Shown: piece after piece, positions 1-12,870 of the stretch | How positions within the stretch are numbered: the first letter of the stretch is position 1 | How the letters are laid out: the number at the start of each line of letters is the position of its first letter | NCBI RefSeq assembly: GCF_039654945.1 | Contig: NW_027361723.1 | Span: 3,162,001-3,226,000, forward strand | Length of the DNA: 64,000 nucleotides | Direction: 5' to 3' | Source of the DNA: Dendrobates tinctorius | Taxonomy: Eukaryota | Notes under the pieces: model-generated | Database searches by the model: none | What the model was told of the DNA's origin: nothing | Seen by the model: the letters and a program-made list of their open reading frames with translations, nothing else | Translations under genes and position numbers: made by a program

Positions 1-2966
1 TGAACCCTGGGGTGTTCTACTGGGCCCTGGTATAGCAGATTTAGGGTATCTGGGAGGATCCGCGTCTGAGCCATGTGAACCATGCCCTTTTCGGCCAGAA
101 GGGTGCAATCAAGAATATTCGAGCTCTCTCTTGTCGGATCTTTTTCAAGAATACTGGTGTCAATGGAAAAGGGGGGGGGGGGGGAACGCATAGGCCAGAC
201 AAAATTTCCACCGGTGTAGTAGCGAGTCCACCCCCTCTGGTTGCTCTCTTGGATTTAGGGAGTAGAACCTGTCCACTTTCCGATTTTTCCCTGGTAGCAA
301 ACAGGTCTACTTCTGGTGTGCCCCAGGCAGTGCAGATTTCTCCAAATATTTTTTGACTTAGGGACCATTCTCCCTGGTGTAGTACATGGTGGCTTAAATA
401 ATCGGCCAGATAATTGTCTGCCCCCTTTAAATGTGTACCCGATAAGGACAGAAGATTGTTTTCCGCCCATGCGAATAATTCCCTGGCCTCTGCCATAAGG
501 GTTGCCGACCTTGTACCCCCTTGTCTGTTTATGTATGCTATGACTGTGTTGTTGTCGGATAATATGGTGACATGTCTTCCTTGTACTTCTTGCTTTACCA
601 GGGGAAGGGCTCGCCTTACAGCCGCCAGTTCTTTAAGATTTGAGGATGCATCCCTCATTCCGGGTTCCCACTGGCCCTCTAGGGTTCGTTTCTCTGTGTG
701 TGCCCCCCAACCACTCAGACTTGCGTCCGTGGTTAATACTACTGAGTTTTGAGTAGTCCAGGGCACTGATCTGGTTAAATTTTCGGTGCTCAGCCACCAT
801 TTTAGTGACTCCCGCACTTGAGGGGAGAGAATGATCTCCCGGTTTAAATTGGAAGGACCCTTCTCCTGCTTGGATAGGATCTGCTACTGTAGCTCTCTCG
901 TATGGGCTTGTGCCCACCGGACCGCTGGGATTGTTGCTGTTATCATGCTCAGGAGCGACATTGCCTCACTTACTGATATGGCTCGACCGGATTGTATCCG
1001 TTGTGTTTTTTGTTGGATAGCCCCAATTTTTCCTTTCTGGAAGAATGCACTGCTGTTTTAATGAGTCCAATTGAATTCCAAGGAATTCTTGTGACTGCAC
1101 TGGAGTTAATTTGGATTTTCTCAGATTGATCCTCCAGCCCAACCTGGTTAATATTTCCAGGACCTTTAACTGCATCTTCGCAATTTTGCTTGTCGTTTGC
1201 TATGACCAGGAAATCGTCTAGATAGGGTACTAGCAGGTTATTCTCCCTTCTTATAAAGGACGCTACTTCCCCGATGATTGTTGTAAATATATGAGGGGCT
1301 ACTGATACCCTGAAGGGTAGGTACTGGTACAGTAGACGAGTGTGAATTTGAGCTCTCTCTACCACCAGTCTTCGATATTGTTAGTGCTCTCCCCATATTG
1401 GGACATGGTAATAGGCGTCGTAAGATCTATTACTGCCATGTAGCAACCTGGGTCGAGTAGCTTAACTGCTGACCCCAAGGTCTCCATTTTGAATTTCTAT
1501 GTTCTGATGTATTGGTTCAGGGCTTTGAGATTGAATATTGTTCTTAGTGACCCATCTGGTTTTGGCGTGAGGAACAGAGTGCTGTAATACCCTTTCCCTT
1601 CTTGATGAGACGGGACTTTTATTAGTACCTCTTTTTGAAGGAGGAGCTGGATCTCCTTTTCTAGCATAGCCTGATTCTTTTTGGCTACCCGGGTCACTTT
1701 TAGTCTTTGGGGTGGAAGGCTTAGAAAACTTAGTCGTAGGCCCCCGGCTAACAGGTCGGTTACCCACTTTGAGGTGTGCAATGCTACCCACTGATGGACA
1801 AAGAACTGAAGCCTTCCCCCGACCACCCTGGCGTCATTGCTTAGTATCGGGTCTCGGGGTGGTTTTACTAAAGAGGAATCCCTTCTCTCTTCCCCTCCAT
1901 GGTCTGCCCCGTGTGGTCCTATCGTCTGGCCGCCCTTGGCTCCCTCTGTTCCCTGTTCCCACGAAAGGATGAGAGAGCTTCAGTCCACCGGCGCCTAGGG
2001 AAGGGGGGTGGAAACCATTTTTTCTTATCTGACGCCTTTTCTAAAATTTCATCCAATGCTTTCCCAAACAAGTATTGACCCTCACAAGGGAAGGCACAGA
2101 GTTTAACTTTTGACTGGAAGTCTTCCGACCAGTTTTTTTTAACCAAAGTGCTCTGCAGCCTGAATTTGAAAGGGCTCATGCACGGGCGGCACCATGGACG
2201 GAATCTACTGCGGCGTCCACCAGGAATTCCGCTGCCTTCTGTAGGGAAGGTATTGCCTCCAGCAATGTCTCCCTTCGGCATTTATTCTTAATTTGGCCTT
2301 TCCCTACAGAAGACATATATAGGGCAATTGTTAATATATTGTGCTGCCTTACAAAGGCACTCACCCGGCCCCTTTCCTAGGTACCCCGGTAGCTCTTCAT
2401 CCTGCGCGTTCCTCTCAACTTTAGGATCCATTTTCCTTCTGCTGCTGGTCTGGCTCTATAACACTGGAGTCCGTGTGCAGCCTCTCAGGGACCATTGGCG
2501 CTTGCCTCGTCTCCCTTTTTATGAAGGAGCGGTGCGCGCTTCTGGGACTGCTCCCGCCCGGAAGTGCCCATTACACCGCTCCCCCGGCATGTGAAGTCAC
2601 TTCCAGTGCAACCCCGGAAGCCGTCGCCACACAGTCGGTGCCAGGCCTCCCCCGGCTCTGCCTCCCACTGGAGCGGCCGCCGGGGAGTCACACGAGGAGG
2701 ACACCGCTCACAGCGCCCACCGAGCTGGGCTGACAGGCGCGCGCCACCGCGCCCCGCTGCCGTCCTCTCCCTGTGGACCTCGGCCTCCTGACCGGACATC
2801 AGAGGGGGATCCCTCCGGAGGTACAGGCTCTGCCCCAAGCATTCCGGCTGCAGGAAACCAAACTGGGGAGAGAGGTGCCGCCCCCTTCTTATGTCTCTGC
2901 TACAGGTTTCCTGTTTCCTGGGGGGCGGATACCTACTCATGTCTGCGGTGCTGTCATGGGGAAGGG
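1..2966 (-). mobile_element. DIRS1-like tyrosine-recombinase retrotransposon, decayed, continues beyond the window start
   Basis: Minus-strand ORF pieces: gag-like (2364-1919), RT (VGGRL..W, YSTLFLTPKPDGSLR, LPF, PYLDD), RNase H (TTDAS, SNLKEL, SDN..RQGGTRS) and methyltransferase-like (VDLFAT, APFWPKRAWF). The right boundary is approximate, set where the CR1 endonuclease coding sequence begins. Confidence 0.88.
41..1826 (-). pseudogene. DIRS pol (RT-RNaseH-methyltransferase), with multiple frameshifts and stops
   Basis: Motifs are split over ORFs 1497-1826, 970-1365, 966-1175 and 41-817. Confidence 0.85.
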
Positions 2967-3270
2967 AAAAATACGACCTAGTAGGAATAACTGAGACATG
3001 GTTAGACGACAGCTATGACTGGGCGGCTAACTTGCAAGGATATGATTTGTTTAGGAGGGATCGTAAAAAAAGGAAAGGGGGTGGAGTCTGTCTATATATA
3101 AAGCCCACACTAAGAGAAGATCTACAAGAGGGAAATGAAGAGGTGGAGTCTCTATGGGTGGAGATACAAGGAGGGAAAAGTAATAAAATCCTCATAGGGG
3201 TTTGTAATAAGCCACCAAATATAACAGAAACCACTGAGAATGTTGAAGCAAATAGACAAAGCAGCAAATC
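2967..3270 (+). mobile_element. Host CR1 LINE ORF2, part 1 (APE endonuclease N-terminus)
   Basis: KYDLVGITETWLDDSYDW..FRRDR..GGGVCLY..VESLWVEI; resumes at 13626 after the 8-bp TSD AGCAAATC. Confidence 0.9.
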
Positions 3271-3671
3271 CAGAGGTGTAGCTAGGGTTTCGGTTCGAGG
3301 GGGGCAAAACTTCTGAGTGGGCCCCTAACTAGGTAACGCACCCTAATAGTGGATGTAGGCGATGACTGCGCTGTTACTGAAAATAATCCCTATATAAAGG
3401 CCAACGTGGATATTACCGCAATATCGTCAGTGGTAAATACCATTCCTACAAAACATATGTGATTACTGCACAGGTATAGTTGGTGTCTTACCGCTGACGT
3501 TCTTTCTGATGGAATCGTTCACTTTTCACGTCTTTTCCATCTGGCCCAGACCGACATGACAACTCCTCCAGCCAAGACTCGGCTACAGAGAATACAACAA
3601 CGACATGTTTCACCTCTCATATTCCCGCCCCATCACCATCTATTCCCAACCTGCACAAACCCCTCATCCTG

Positions 3672-4427
3672 CTGATACCTCAATACTGAGCCGCTGCTAC
3701 CGTATGTGTCCCTATTACTGCACCTGATACCCCAATACTGAGCCGCTGCTGCCATATGTGTCTCTATTACTGCACCTGATACCCCAATACTGAGCCGCTG
3801 CTGCCATATGTGTCTCTATTACTGCGCCTGATACCCCAATACTGAGCCGCTGCTGCCATATGTGTCTCTATTACTGCACCTGATACCCCAATGCTGAGCC
3901 GCTGCTGCCATATGTGTCTCTATTACTGCGCCTCATACCCCAATGCTGAGCCGCTGCTGCCATATGTGTCTCTATTACTGCACCTGATACCCCAATACTG
4001 AGCCACTACTGCCGTATGTGTCTCTATTACTGCACCTGATACCCCAATACTGAGCCACTACTGCCGTATGTCTCTATTACTGCAGCTGATACCCCAATAC
4101 TGAGCCGCTGCTGCCATATGTGTCTCTATTACTGCACCTGATACCCCAATGCTGAGCCGCTGCTGCCGTATGTGTCTCTATTACTGCAGCTGATACACCA
4201 ATGCTGAGCTGCTGCTGCATGTGTCTATTTACTGCACCTGATACCCCAATACTGAGCCGCTGCTGCCGTATGTGTCCCTATTACTGCACCTGATACCCCA
4301 ATGCTGAGCCGCTGCTGCCGTATGTGTCCCTATTACTGCACCTGATACCCCAATACTGAGCCGCTGCTGCCGTATGTGTCTCTATTACTGCACCCGATTC
4401 CCCAATACTGAGCCACTACTGCCGTAT
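3672..4427. repeat. 52-bp minisatellite (~14 units; resumes at 8289-8418)
   Basis: Unit CTATTACTGCACCTGATACCCCAATACTGAGCCGCTGCTGCCATATGTGTCT. Confidence 0.95.
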
Positions 4428-7400
4428 AGAACATAATTTTACCTCTATATAAGTCACTAGTGCGACCACACTTAGAATACTGTGTACAGTTCTGGTCTCC
4501 GGTGTATAAGAAAGACATAGCTGAACTGGAGCGGGTGCAGAGAAGAGCGACCAAGGTTATTAGGGAACTAGGGGGTCTGCAATACCAAGACAGGTTATTA
4601 CACTTGGGGTTATTTAGTTTGGAGAATCGAAGGCTTAGGGGTAGTGTTGAGCATTCCGATACCGCAAGTATCGGGTATCGGCCGATACTTGCTGTATCGG
4701 AATTCCGATACCGACTTCCGATATTTTTTCAATATCGGAATTCGGCATCGGAATCGGAAGTTCAGTTGATTGACAGCCTGACGTCATCATGATGCGCGGT
4801 GTGTGCGCGCATCATGATGCGCCGTCATTTCGGGCCTTCCGGGGGTCTCTGCCGGCCTGCCAGGGGGCTGTGCCGGCCTGCCGGGGGGCTGTGTGGACTG
4901 CCCGGGGTCTGTACCGGCCTGCCGGGGGGCTGTACCGGCCTGCCGGGGGGCTGTGCACCCTGTGGGGGTCTGTACCGGCCTGCCGGGGGGCTGTGCCGGC
5001 CTGCCGGTGGTCTGTGCACCATGTGGGGGTCTGTACCGGCCTGCCGGGGGGCTGTGCCGGCCTGCCGGTGGTCTGTGCACCCTGTGGGGGTCTGTACCGG
5101 CCTGCCGGGGGGCTGTGCCGGCCTGCCGGGGTCTGTGCCGGCCTGCCGGGGGGCTGTGCTGATGTCCGGGGGTCTGTGCAAGCATCGTCCGATGGGACTA
5201 CAAGTCCCATCTGGCGATGCCTGCTACCATGACAGTGATTGACACATTAGCCAATGATGGGACAGTAGTAGTCCCATCATCCGGCTAATGTGTTAAATGT
5301 TAAAAAAAAAAAATACTACATACATACTACATGCTACATACATACTACATACATGCTGCATGCTACATACATGCTGCATGCATACTACATACATACTACA
5401 TGCATGCTACATACATACTACATACTACATATATACTACATGCATGCTACATACATACCACATACATACTATATATACTACATGCATGCTACATACATAC
5501 CACATGCATACTACATGCATGCTACATGCTACATACATGCTACATACTACATACATACCACATACATGCTACATACATGCTACATACTACATACATACCA
5601 CATACATACTACATGCATGCTACATACATACTACATACATGCTACATACATACTGCATGCTACATACATACTACATACATACTACATGCTACATACATAC
5701 CACATATATACTACATACATACAATACATTCATACAATACATACAACATAGAGTAACATACTTACCAATACTTGTCACATTGTTCCCCGAAGCCATTGTC
5801 TTTTCCGGAATAAATATTAACATAACAAACCACAAAAATACTCACCCACGATCCGAAGCAGTCCACGAGTGTGTCCCACGACGATCTTGGGTAGAGAACT
5901 GCAGCATCAGATGATGCTGCCGTTCTCTACGGGCTGCAGGAATCCAATGACGGAAGGTAGGTATCCTTCCGCACTGTATTCCTCCGCCACTTAAAAAAAA
6001 AAAAAAAAGTCCCTAGTCTCACTTTATGCCATTGCTGTGTGGGAATTTCCCACACAGCAATGGCATAAAAAAAAAAAAGTCCCTAGTCTCACTTTATGCC
6101 ATTGCTGTGTGGGAAATTCCCACACAGCAATGGCATAAAGTGAGACTAGGGACTTTTTTTTTTTAAGTGGCGGAGGAATACAGTGCGGAAGGATACCTAC
6201 CTTCCGTCATTGATTCCTGCAGCCCGTAGAGAACGGCAGCATCAGCTGATGCTGCAGTTCTCTACCCAAGATCGTCGTGGGACACACTCGTGGACTGCTT
6301 CGGATCGTGGGTGAGTATTTTTGTGGTTTGTTATGTTAATATTTATTCCGGAAAAGACAATGGCTTCGGGGAACAATGTGACAAGTATTGGTAAGTATGT
6401 TACTCTATGTTATATGTACTGTATGTCTATGTATGTATTGTATGAATGTATTGTATGTATGTAGTATATATGTGGTATGTATGTAGCATGTAGTATGTAT
6501 GTAGCATGCATGTAGCATGCAGTATGTATGTAGCATGCATGTAGTATATATGTAGTATGTATGTAGCATGCATGTAGTATATATGTATGAATGTATGTAG
6601 CATGTAGTATGTATGTGGTATGTATGTAGCATGTAGTATGTATGTAGTATATATGTAGTATGTATGTAGCATGTAGTATGTATGTAGCATGCATGTAGTA
6701 TATATGTAGTATATATGTAGCATGTATGTGGTATGTATGTAGCATGTAGTATGTATGTAGCATGCATGTAGTATATATGTAGTATGTATGTAGCATGTAG
6801 TATGTATGTAGCATGTAGTATGTATGTAGCATGCATGTAGTATATATGTAGTATATATGTAGCATGTATGTAGTATGTATGTAGCATGTAGTATGTATGT
6901 AGCATGCATGTAGTATATACGTAGTATGTATGTAGCATGTAGTATGTATGTAGCATGCATGTAGTATATACGTAGTATGTATGTAGCATGTAGTATGTAT
7001 GTAGCATGCATGTAGTATATATGTAGCATGCATGTAGTATATATGTAGTATGTATGTAGCATGCATGTAGTATATATGTAGTATGTAGCATGTAGTATGT
7101 ATGTAGCATGCACTATGTATGTAGCATGCATGTAGTATATATGTGTTATGTATGTAGCATGTAGCATGCATGTAGCATGCATGTAGTATATATGTGGTAT
7201 GTATGTAGCATGCAGTATGTATGTAGCATGCAGTATGTATGTAGCATGCATGTAGTATGTATGTAGTATATATGTAGTATGTATGTTGCATGTAGTATTT
7301 ATGTAGTATGAATGTAGCATGTATGTAGCATGTAGTATGAATGTAGCATGTATGTAGTATGCATGTTGTATGTATGTAGCATGTAATTTTTTTTTTTTTT

Positions 7401-8288
7401 TTACATTCAACACATTAGCCGGATGATAGGACTATTACTGTCCCATCATTGGCTAATGTGTCAATCACTGTCATGGTAGCAGGCATCGCCCGATGGGACT
7501 TGTAGTCCCATCGGACGATGCCTGCACAGACCACCGGCAGGCCGGCACAGCCCCCCGGCAGGCCGGCACGGACCCCCTGGCAGGCCCGTACAGACCCCCT
7601 GGCAGGCCCGTACAGACCCCAGAGAGGCTGTACAAGGGCAGGAAAGGGTTTTTCTTATTCCGATACCGGAAGTCCCATAGACTTGAATGGGACTTCCGGT
7701 ATCGGCGATACCGATACTTTTTTTAAAGATCGGCCGATACCATCCGATACGATACTTTGAAGTATCGGACGGTATCGCTCAACTCTACTTAGGGGTGATC
7801 TTATTACAATGTATAAATATATGCGGGGACAATACAAAAACCTTTCTAATGATCTTTTTACTCTTAGACTTGTGACGGGGACAAGGGGGCATCCTCTACG
7901 TCTGGAGGAAAGAAGGTTTAAGCATACTCACAGACGCGGATTCTTTACTGTAAGAGCAGTGAGACTATGGAACTCTCTGCCATATGATGTTGTAATGAGT
8001 GATTCACTACTAAAATTTAAGAAGGGACTGGATGCCTTTCTTGAAAAGTATAATATTACAGGGTATATACACTAGTTTCCTTAATATTGCATTGATCCAG
8101 GGAGCTAGTCTGATTGCCGTATGTGGAGTCGGGAAGGAATTTTTTTCCCCAATGTGAAGCCTACTGTTGCCACATGGGGTTTTTTTGCCTTCCTCTGGAT
8201 CAACATGTTAGGGCAAGTTAGGATAGGATATGGGATGAACTAGATGGACTTAAAGTCTCCCTTCAACCTTAATAACTATGTTACTATG
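4428..8288 (+). mobile_element. 5'-truncated CR1 3' fragment (4428-4641 plus 7796-8288), split by the palindromic element
   Basis: [18 protein letters not shown] | D..MYKY..RRGFFTVRAVRLWNSLP; 3' tail ACTATGTTACTATG; inserted in the 52-bp minisatellite. Confidence 0.9.
4642..7787. mobile_element. Palindromic (foldback) non-autonomous hAT element, copy 1
   Basis: TIR TAGTGTTGAGC / GCTCAACTCTA; 8-bp TSD CTTAGGGG (4634-4641, 7788-7795); CCGATAC subterminal repeats; GC-rich and (CATA/CATG)n repeats mirrored about a centre at 6116. Confidence 0.93.
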
Positions 8289-9069
8289 TATGTGTCCCTA
8301 TTACTGCACCTGATACCCCAATGCTGAGCCGCTGCCGTATGTGTCCCTATTACTGCACCTGATACCCCAATGCTGAGCCACTGCCGTATGTGTCCCTATT
8401 ACTGCACCTGATACCCCCTATACACACACGGCCTGCTCCATACACCTCGTACACAGCGTCGGACTGGCCCACCGGGGAACCGGTGGATTCTCCGGTGGGC
8501 CCTGGCATCTGGTGGGCCCTGGCACCTGCTGGCATACAGGGCCAGCAGTTGCCTAGGGCCCCCGCTGCTCCAGGGGCCCCCAGCCAGGGGTGTGTCGCAC
8601 ACCACGCAGCTGCTATGGGGGCCCCTGCCAGCGGAGCAGCAGCGGGTGTCAGGAGCCCATGTCCCCGCTGCTAAAGAGAAATGAATATTCACTGCGAAGC
8701 AGTGAATATCATTTCACAGTCTCCACCCCCAGAGGCTACGGCCACCAGCCCAATAAGCTGCTCTGCATCAGGGCCGGCGCCGCCCTCAGTCCTCTCTGCT
8801 CCTGGCTCACAGCCAGTGCGCGATGACGTCACTACATCGCGCTCCCGCTGTGTGTCTGGCAGAGGGGGAGCTCCTGACACTGAAGCCGGGATCAGCGTGG
8901 GAGCGAGGAGGAGAGGTGAGTATTGTGGTTTGTTTTTTTTTTTATATCTCTCTCGCTCTCTCTATCTGTCTCTCTATCTCTCTTATATATATCTATCTTT
9001 CTATCTCTATCTATTATCTATATCTATCTATTTCTATATCTATCTTTCTATCTCTATATCTCTATATCT

Positions 9070-9105
<36 letters not shown>

Positions 9106-10187
9106 ATTATGTCTATCTATCTCTATATCAATCTATCTTACTCTATCTCTATATCTATTATCTATCTAGCTACCATCTATATCTATCTATATCTAATATC
9201 TATATCTATCTATCTCTATACCTATCTATCTATCCGTTATCTATCTCTATATCTTTTCTCTGTATCTATCTATATATCTATATCTCTCGCTATCTATCGC
9301 TCTATATCTATCTATCTTTATCTATTTATCTCTATATCTTTTCTCTGTATCTATCTCTCTCTATATCTATCTATCTCTATATATATCTATTATCTCTATA
9401 TCTATATCTATTTCTCTCTATAGCTATCTATTTATCTCTATCTCTATATCTCTCTCTCTGTATATCTATCTATCTCTATATCCATCTCTATATCTATCTT
9501 TCTCTATCTATCGCTCTATCTTTCTATCTAAATCTATATCTATCTATTATTACTATCTATCTATCTCTATATCTTACTCTATCTCTATATCTATCTGTTA
9601 TCTCTATATTTATTATCTATCTATCTCTCTCTCTCTATCTACCGCTCTCTCTATCTTTATCTCTATATCTATCTATCTCTATATCTATATCTATTATCTC
9701 TATATCTATTATCTCTATATCTATTATCTCTATATCTATTATCTCTATATCTATTATCTCTATATCTATTATCTCTATATCTATTATCTCTATATCTATT
9801 ATCTCTATATCTATTATCTCTATATCTATTATCTCTATATCTATTATCTCTATATCTATTATCTCTATATCTATATATATCTGTTTCTCTCTATAGCTAT
9901 CTATATATTATCTCTATATATCTATCTATATATTATCTCTATATCTATCTATCTATATATCTGTTATCTCTATATCCATATCTATCTCTATATCCATATC
10001 TATCTCTCTCTATAGCTATCTTTCTATCTAACACTATATCTCTATATCTATCTCTATATCTCATTATCTATCAATCTCTATCTCTATCTCTCTTTATCCA
10101 TCTATCTATTGATCTATCCATATATCTCTATATCTATCTATTATATCTATCTATTATCTCTATTATCTATCCATCTATCTATATCTA

Positions 10188-11777
10188 CAGTGCCTACAAG
10201 TAGTATTCAACCCCCTGCAGATTTAGCAGGTTTACACATTTGGAATTAACTTGGCATTGTGACATTTGGACTGTAGATCAGCCTGGAAGTGTGCAATGCA
10301 CTGCAGCAAAAATGTTATTTCTTTGTTTATTTTTTTTTTAAATTGTGAAAAGTTTATTCAGAGGGTCATTTATTATTCAACCCCTCAAACCACCAGAATT
10401 CTGTTTGGTTCCCCTAAAGTATTAAGAAGTATTTCAGGCACAAAGAACAATGAGCTTCACATGTTTGGATTAATTATCTCTTTTTCCAGCCTTTTCTGAC
10501 TAATTAAGACCCTCCCCAAACTTGTGAACAGCACTCATACATGGTCAACATGGGAAAGACAAAGGAGCATTCCAAGGCCATCAGAGACAAGATCGTGGAG
10601 GGTCACAAGGCTGGCAAGGGGTACAAAACCCTTTCCAAGGAGTTGGGCCTACCTGTCTCCACTGTTGGGAGCATCATCCGGAAGTGGAAGGCTTATGGAA
10701 CTACTGTTAGCCTTCCACGGCCTGGACAGCCTTTGAAAGTTTCCTCCCGTGCCGAGGCCAGGCTTGTCCGAAGAGTCAAGGCTAACCCAAGGACAACAAG
10801 GAAGGAGCTCCGGGAAGATCTCATGGCAGTGGGGACATTGGTTTCAGTCAATACCATAAGTAACGTACTCCACCGCAATGGTCTCCGTTCCAGACGAGCC
10901 CGTAAGGTACCTTTACTTTCAAAGCGTCATGTCAAGGCTCGTCTACAGTTTGCTCATGATCACTTGGAGGACTCTGAGACAGACTGGTTCAAGGTTCTCT
11001 GGTCTGATGAGACCAAGATCGAGATCTTTGGCGCCAACCACACACGTGACGTTTGGAGACTGGATGGCACTGCATACGACCCCAAGAATACCATCTCTAC
11101 AGTCAAGCATGGTGGTGGCAGCATCATGCTGTGGGGCTGTTTCTCAGCCAAGGGGCCTGGCCATCTGGTCCGCATCCATGGGAAGATGGATAGCACGGCC
11201 TACCTGGAGATTTTGGCCAAGAACCTCCGCTCCTCCATCAAGGATCTTAAGATGGGTCGTCATTTCATCTTTCAACAAGACAACGACCCAAAGCACACAG
11301 CCAAGAAAACCAAGGCCTGGTTCAAGAGGCAAAAAATCAAGGTGTTGGAGTGGCCTAGTCAGTCTCCTGACCTTAACCCAATTGAAAACTTGTGGAAGGA
11401 GCTCAAGATTGAAGTCCACATGAGACACCCAAAGAACCTAGATAACTTGGAAAAGATCTGCATGGAGGAGTGGGCCAAGATAACTCCAGAGACCTGTGCC
11501 GGCCTGATCAGGTCTTATAAAAGACGATTATTAGCTGTAATTGCAAAAAAGGGTTATTCCACAAAATAATAAACCTAGGGGTTGAATAATAATTGATCCA
11601 CACTTGTATGTTTAAAATTTATTAAAATTTAACTGAGCAACATAACTTTTTGGTTTGTAAGATTTATGCATCTGTTAATAAATCCTGCTCTTGTGTGAAG
11701 TTTGAAGGCTCTAACTTATTTGCATCTTATCAAACCTGCTAAATCTGCAGGGGGTTGAATACTACTTGTAGGCACTG
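10188..11777 (+). mobile_element. Tc1 DNA transposon, IR/DR type, full length (1590 bp)
   Basis: Perfect 46-bp outer TIR CAGTGCCTACAAGTAGTATTCAACCCCCTGCAGATTTAGCAGGTTT; TA TSD at 10186-10187 and 11778-11779; inner repeat TTATTATTCAACCCCT at ~10369 and inverted at ~11577. Confidence 0.97.
10550..11569 (+). CDS. Tc1 DD34E transposase, uninterrupted (339 aa)
   Basis: Paired-like HTH N-terminus, WSDETK, VKHGGG, QQDND + 34 residues + SPDLNPIENLW. Confidence 0.95.
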   Translation: MGKTKEHSKAIRDKIVEGHKAGKGYKTLSKELGLPVSTVGSIIRKWKAYGTTVSLPRPGQPLKVSSRAEARLVRRVKANPRTTRKELREDLMAVGTLVSVNTISNVLHRNGLRSRRARKVPLLSKRHVKARLQFAHDHLEDSETDWFKVLWSDETKIEIFGANHTRDVWRLDGTAYDPKNTISTVKHGGGSIMLWGCFSAKGPGHLVRIHGKMDSTAYLEILAKNLRSSIKDLKMGRHFIFQQDNDPKHTAKKTKAWFKRQKIKVLEWPSQSPDLNPIENLWKELKIEVHMRHPKNLDNLEKICMEEWAKITPETCAGLIRSYKRRLLAVIAKKGYSTK

Positions 11778-12260
11778 TATCTCTATATCTCTCTATATCT
11801 ATCTTTCTAACTCTATATCTATCTATCTCTATATCTAGCTATTATCTCTATATCTATCTGTCTCTATATCTATTATCTCTATATCTATCTATATCCATTT
11901 TTATTTATAGCCATGTATCTATATATATTTATCTCTATATCTATATATGTCTATATTATTATTATTATTATATCTGTATATCTCTATCTATTATCTATCT
12001 CTATCTATCTATCTCTATATCTTTCTATCTATAGCTATCTATCTCTATATCTATCTATCCATTATCTATTTTCTATCTATCTCTATATCTATCTACCTAT
12101 CGATCTATCTTTCTATATCTATCTTTATATCTATATCTATCTCTATGAATCTTTCTATCTATATCTATCCATTATCTGCTATCTATCTCTATATCTATCT
12201 ATTTCTACATCTATCTTTCTATCTATATCTATCTAACTCTATATCTATATATCTATATAG

Positions 12261-12870
12261 CATTATACCCTATGAGGGGGTGCATTATTCCCTATGAGGG
12301 GGGCAGTATTATACCCTATGAGGGGGCAGCATTATACCCTATGAGGAGGGCAGCATTATACCCTATGAGGAGGGCAGCATTATACCCTATGAGGAGGGCA
12401 GCATTATACCCTATGAGGAGGGCAGCATTATACCCTATGAGGGGGCAGCATTATACCCTATGAGGGGGTGCATTATTCCCTATGAGGGGGGCAGTGTTAT
12501 ACCTTATGAGGGGGGCAGTATTATACCCTATGAGGGGGTGCATTATACCCTATCATTATACCCTATGAGGAGGGCAGTATTATACCCTATGAGGGGGTGC
12601 ATTATACCCTATGAGGGGGTGCATTATACCCTATGAGGGGGTGCATTATACCCTATGAGGGGGTGCATTATACCCTATGAGGGGGTGCATTATACCCTAT
12701 GAGGGGGTGCATTATACCCTATGAGGGGGTGCATTATACCCTATGAGGGGGTGCATTATACCCTATGAGGGGGTGCATTATACCCTATGAGGGGGTGCAT
12801 TATACCCTATGAGGGGGTGCATTATACCCTATGAGGGGGTGCATTATACCCTATGAGGGGGTGCATTATT
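12261..12870. repeat. 22-24-bp minisatellite
   Basis: Unit CATTATACCCTATGAGGGGGTG and variants. Confidence 0.95.

Larger units (their letters stand above)
8943..12260. repeat. Complex (TATC/TCTA/TA)n microsatellite, interrupted by Tc1 at 10188-11777
   Basis: Low-complexity T/A/C tract on both sides of the Tc1. Confidence 0.95.

Noticed and set aside
4787-5242. Pro/Gly/Arg-rich ORFs on both strands (also 14468-14927, 16733-17155)
   Set aside because: GC-rich tandem repeat of the foldback element; no coding signal
5290-7413. Long His/Tyr/Thr/Cys/Met-rich ORFs (also 14929-16685)
   Set aside because: Translations of stop-poor (CATA/CATG)n microsatellite, open in several frames
8823-9896. 357-aa Ile/Ser/Tyr/Leu ORF
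   Set aside because: (TATC)n microsatellite artefact
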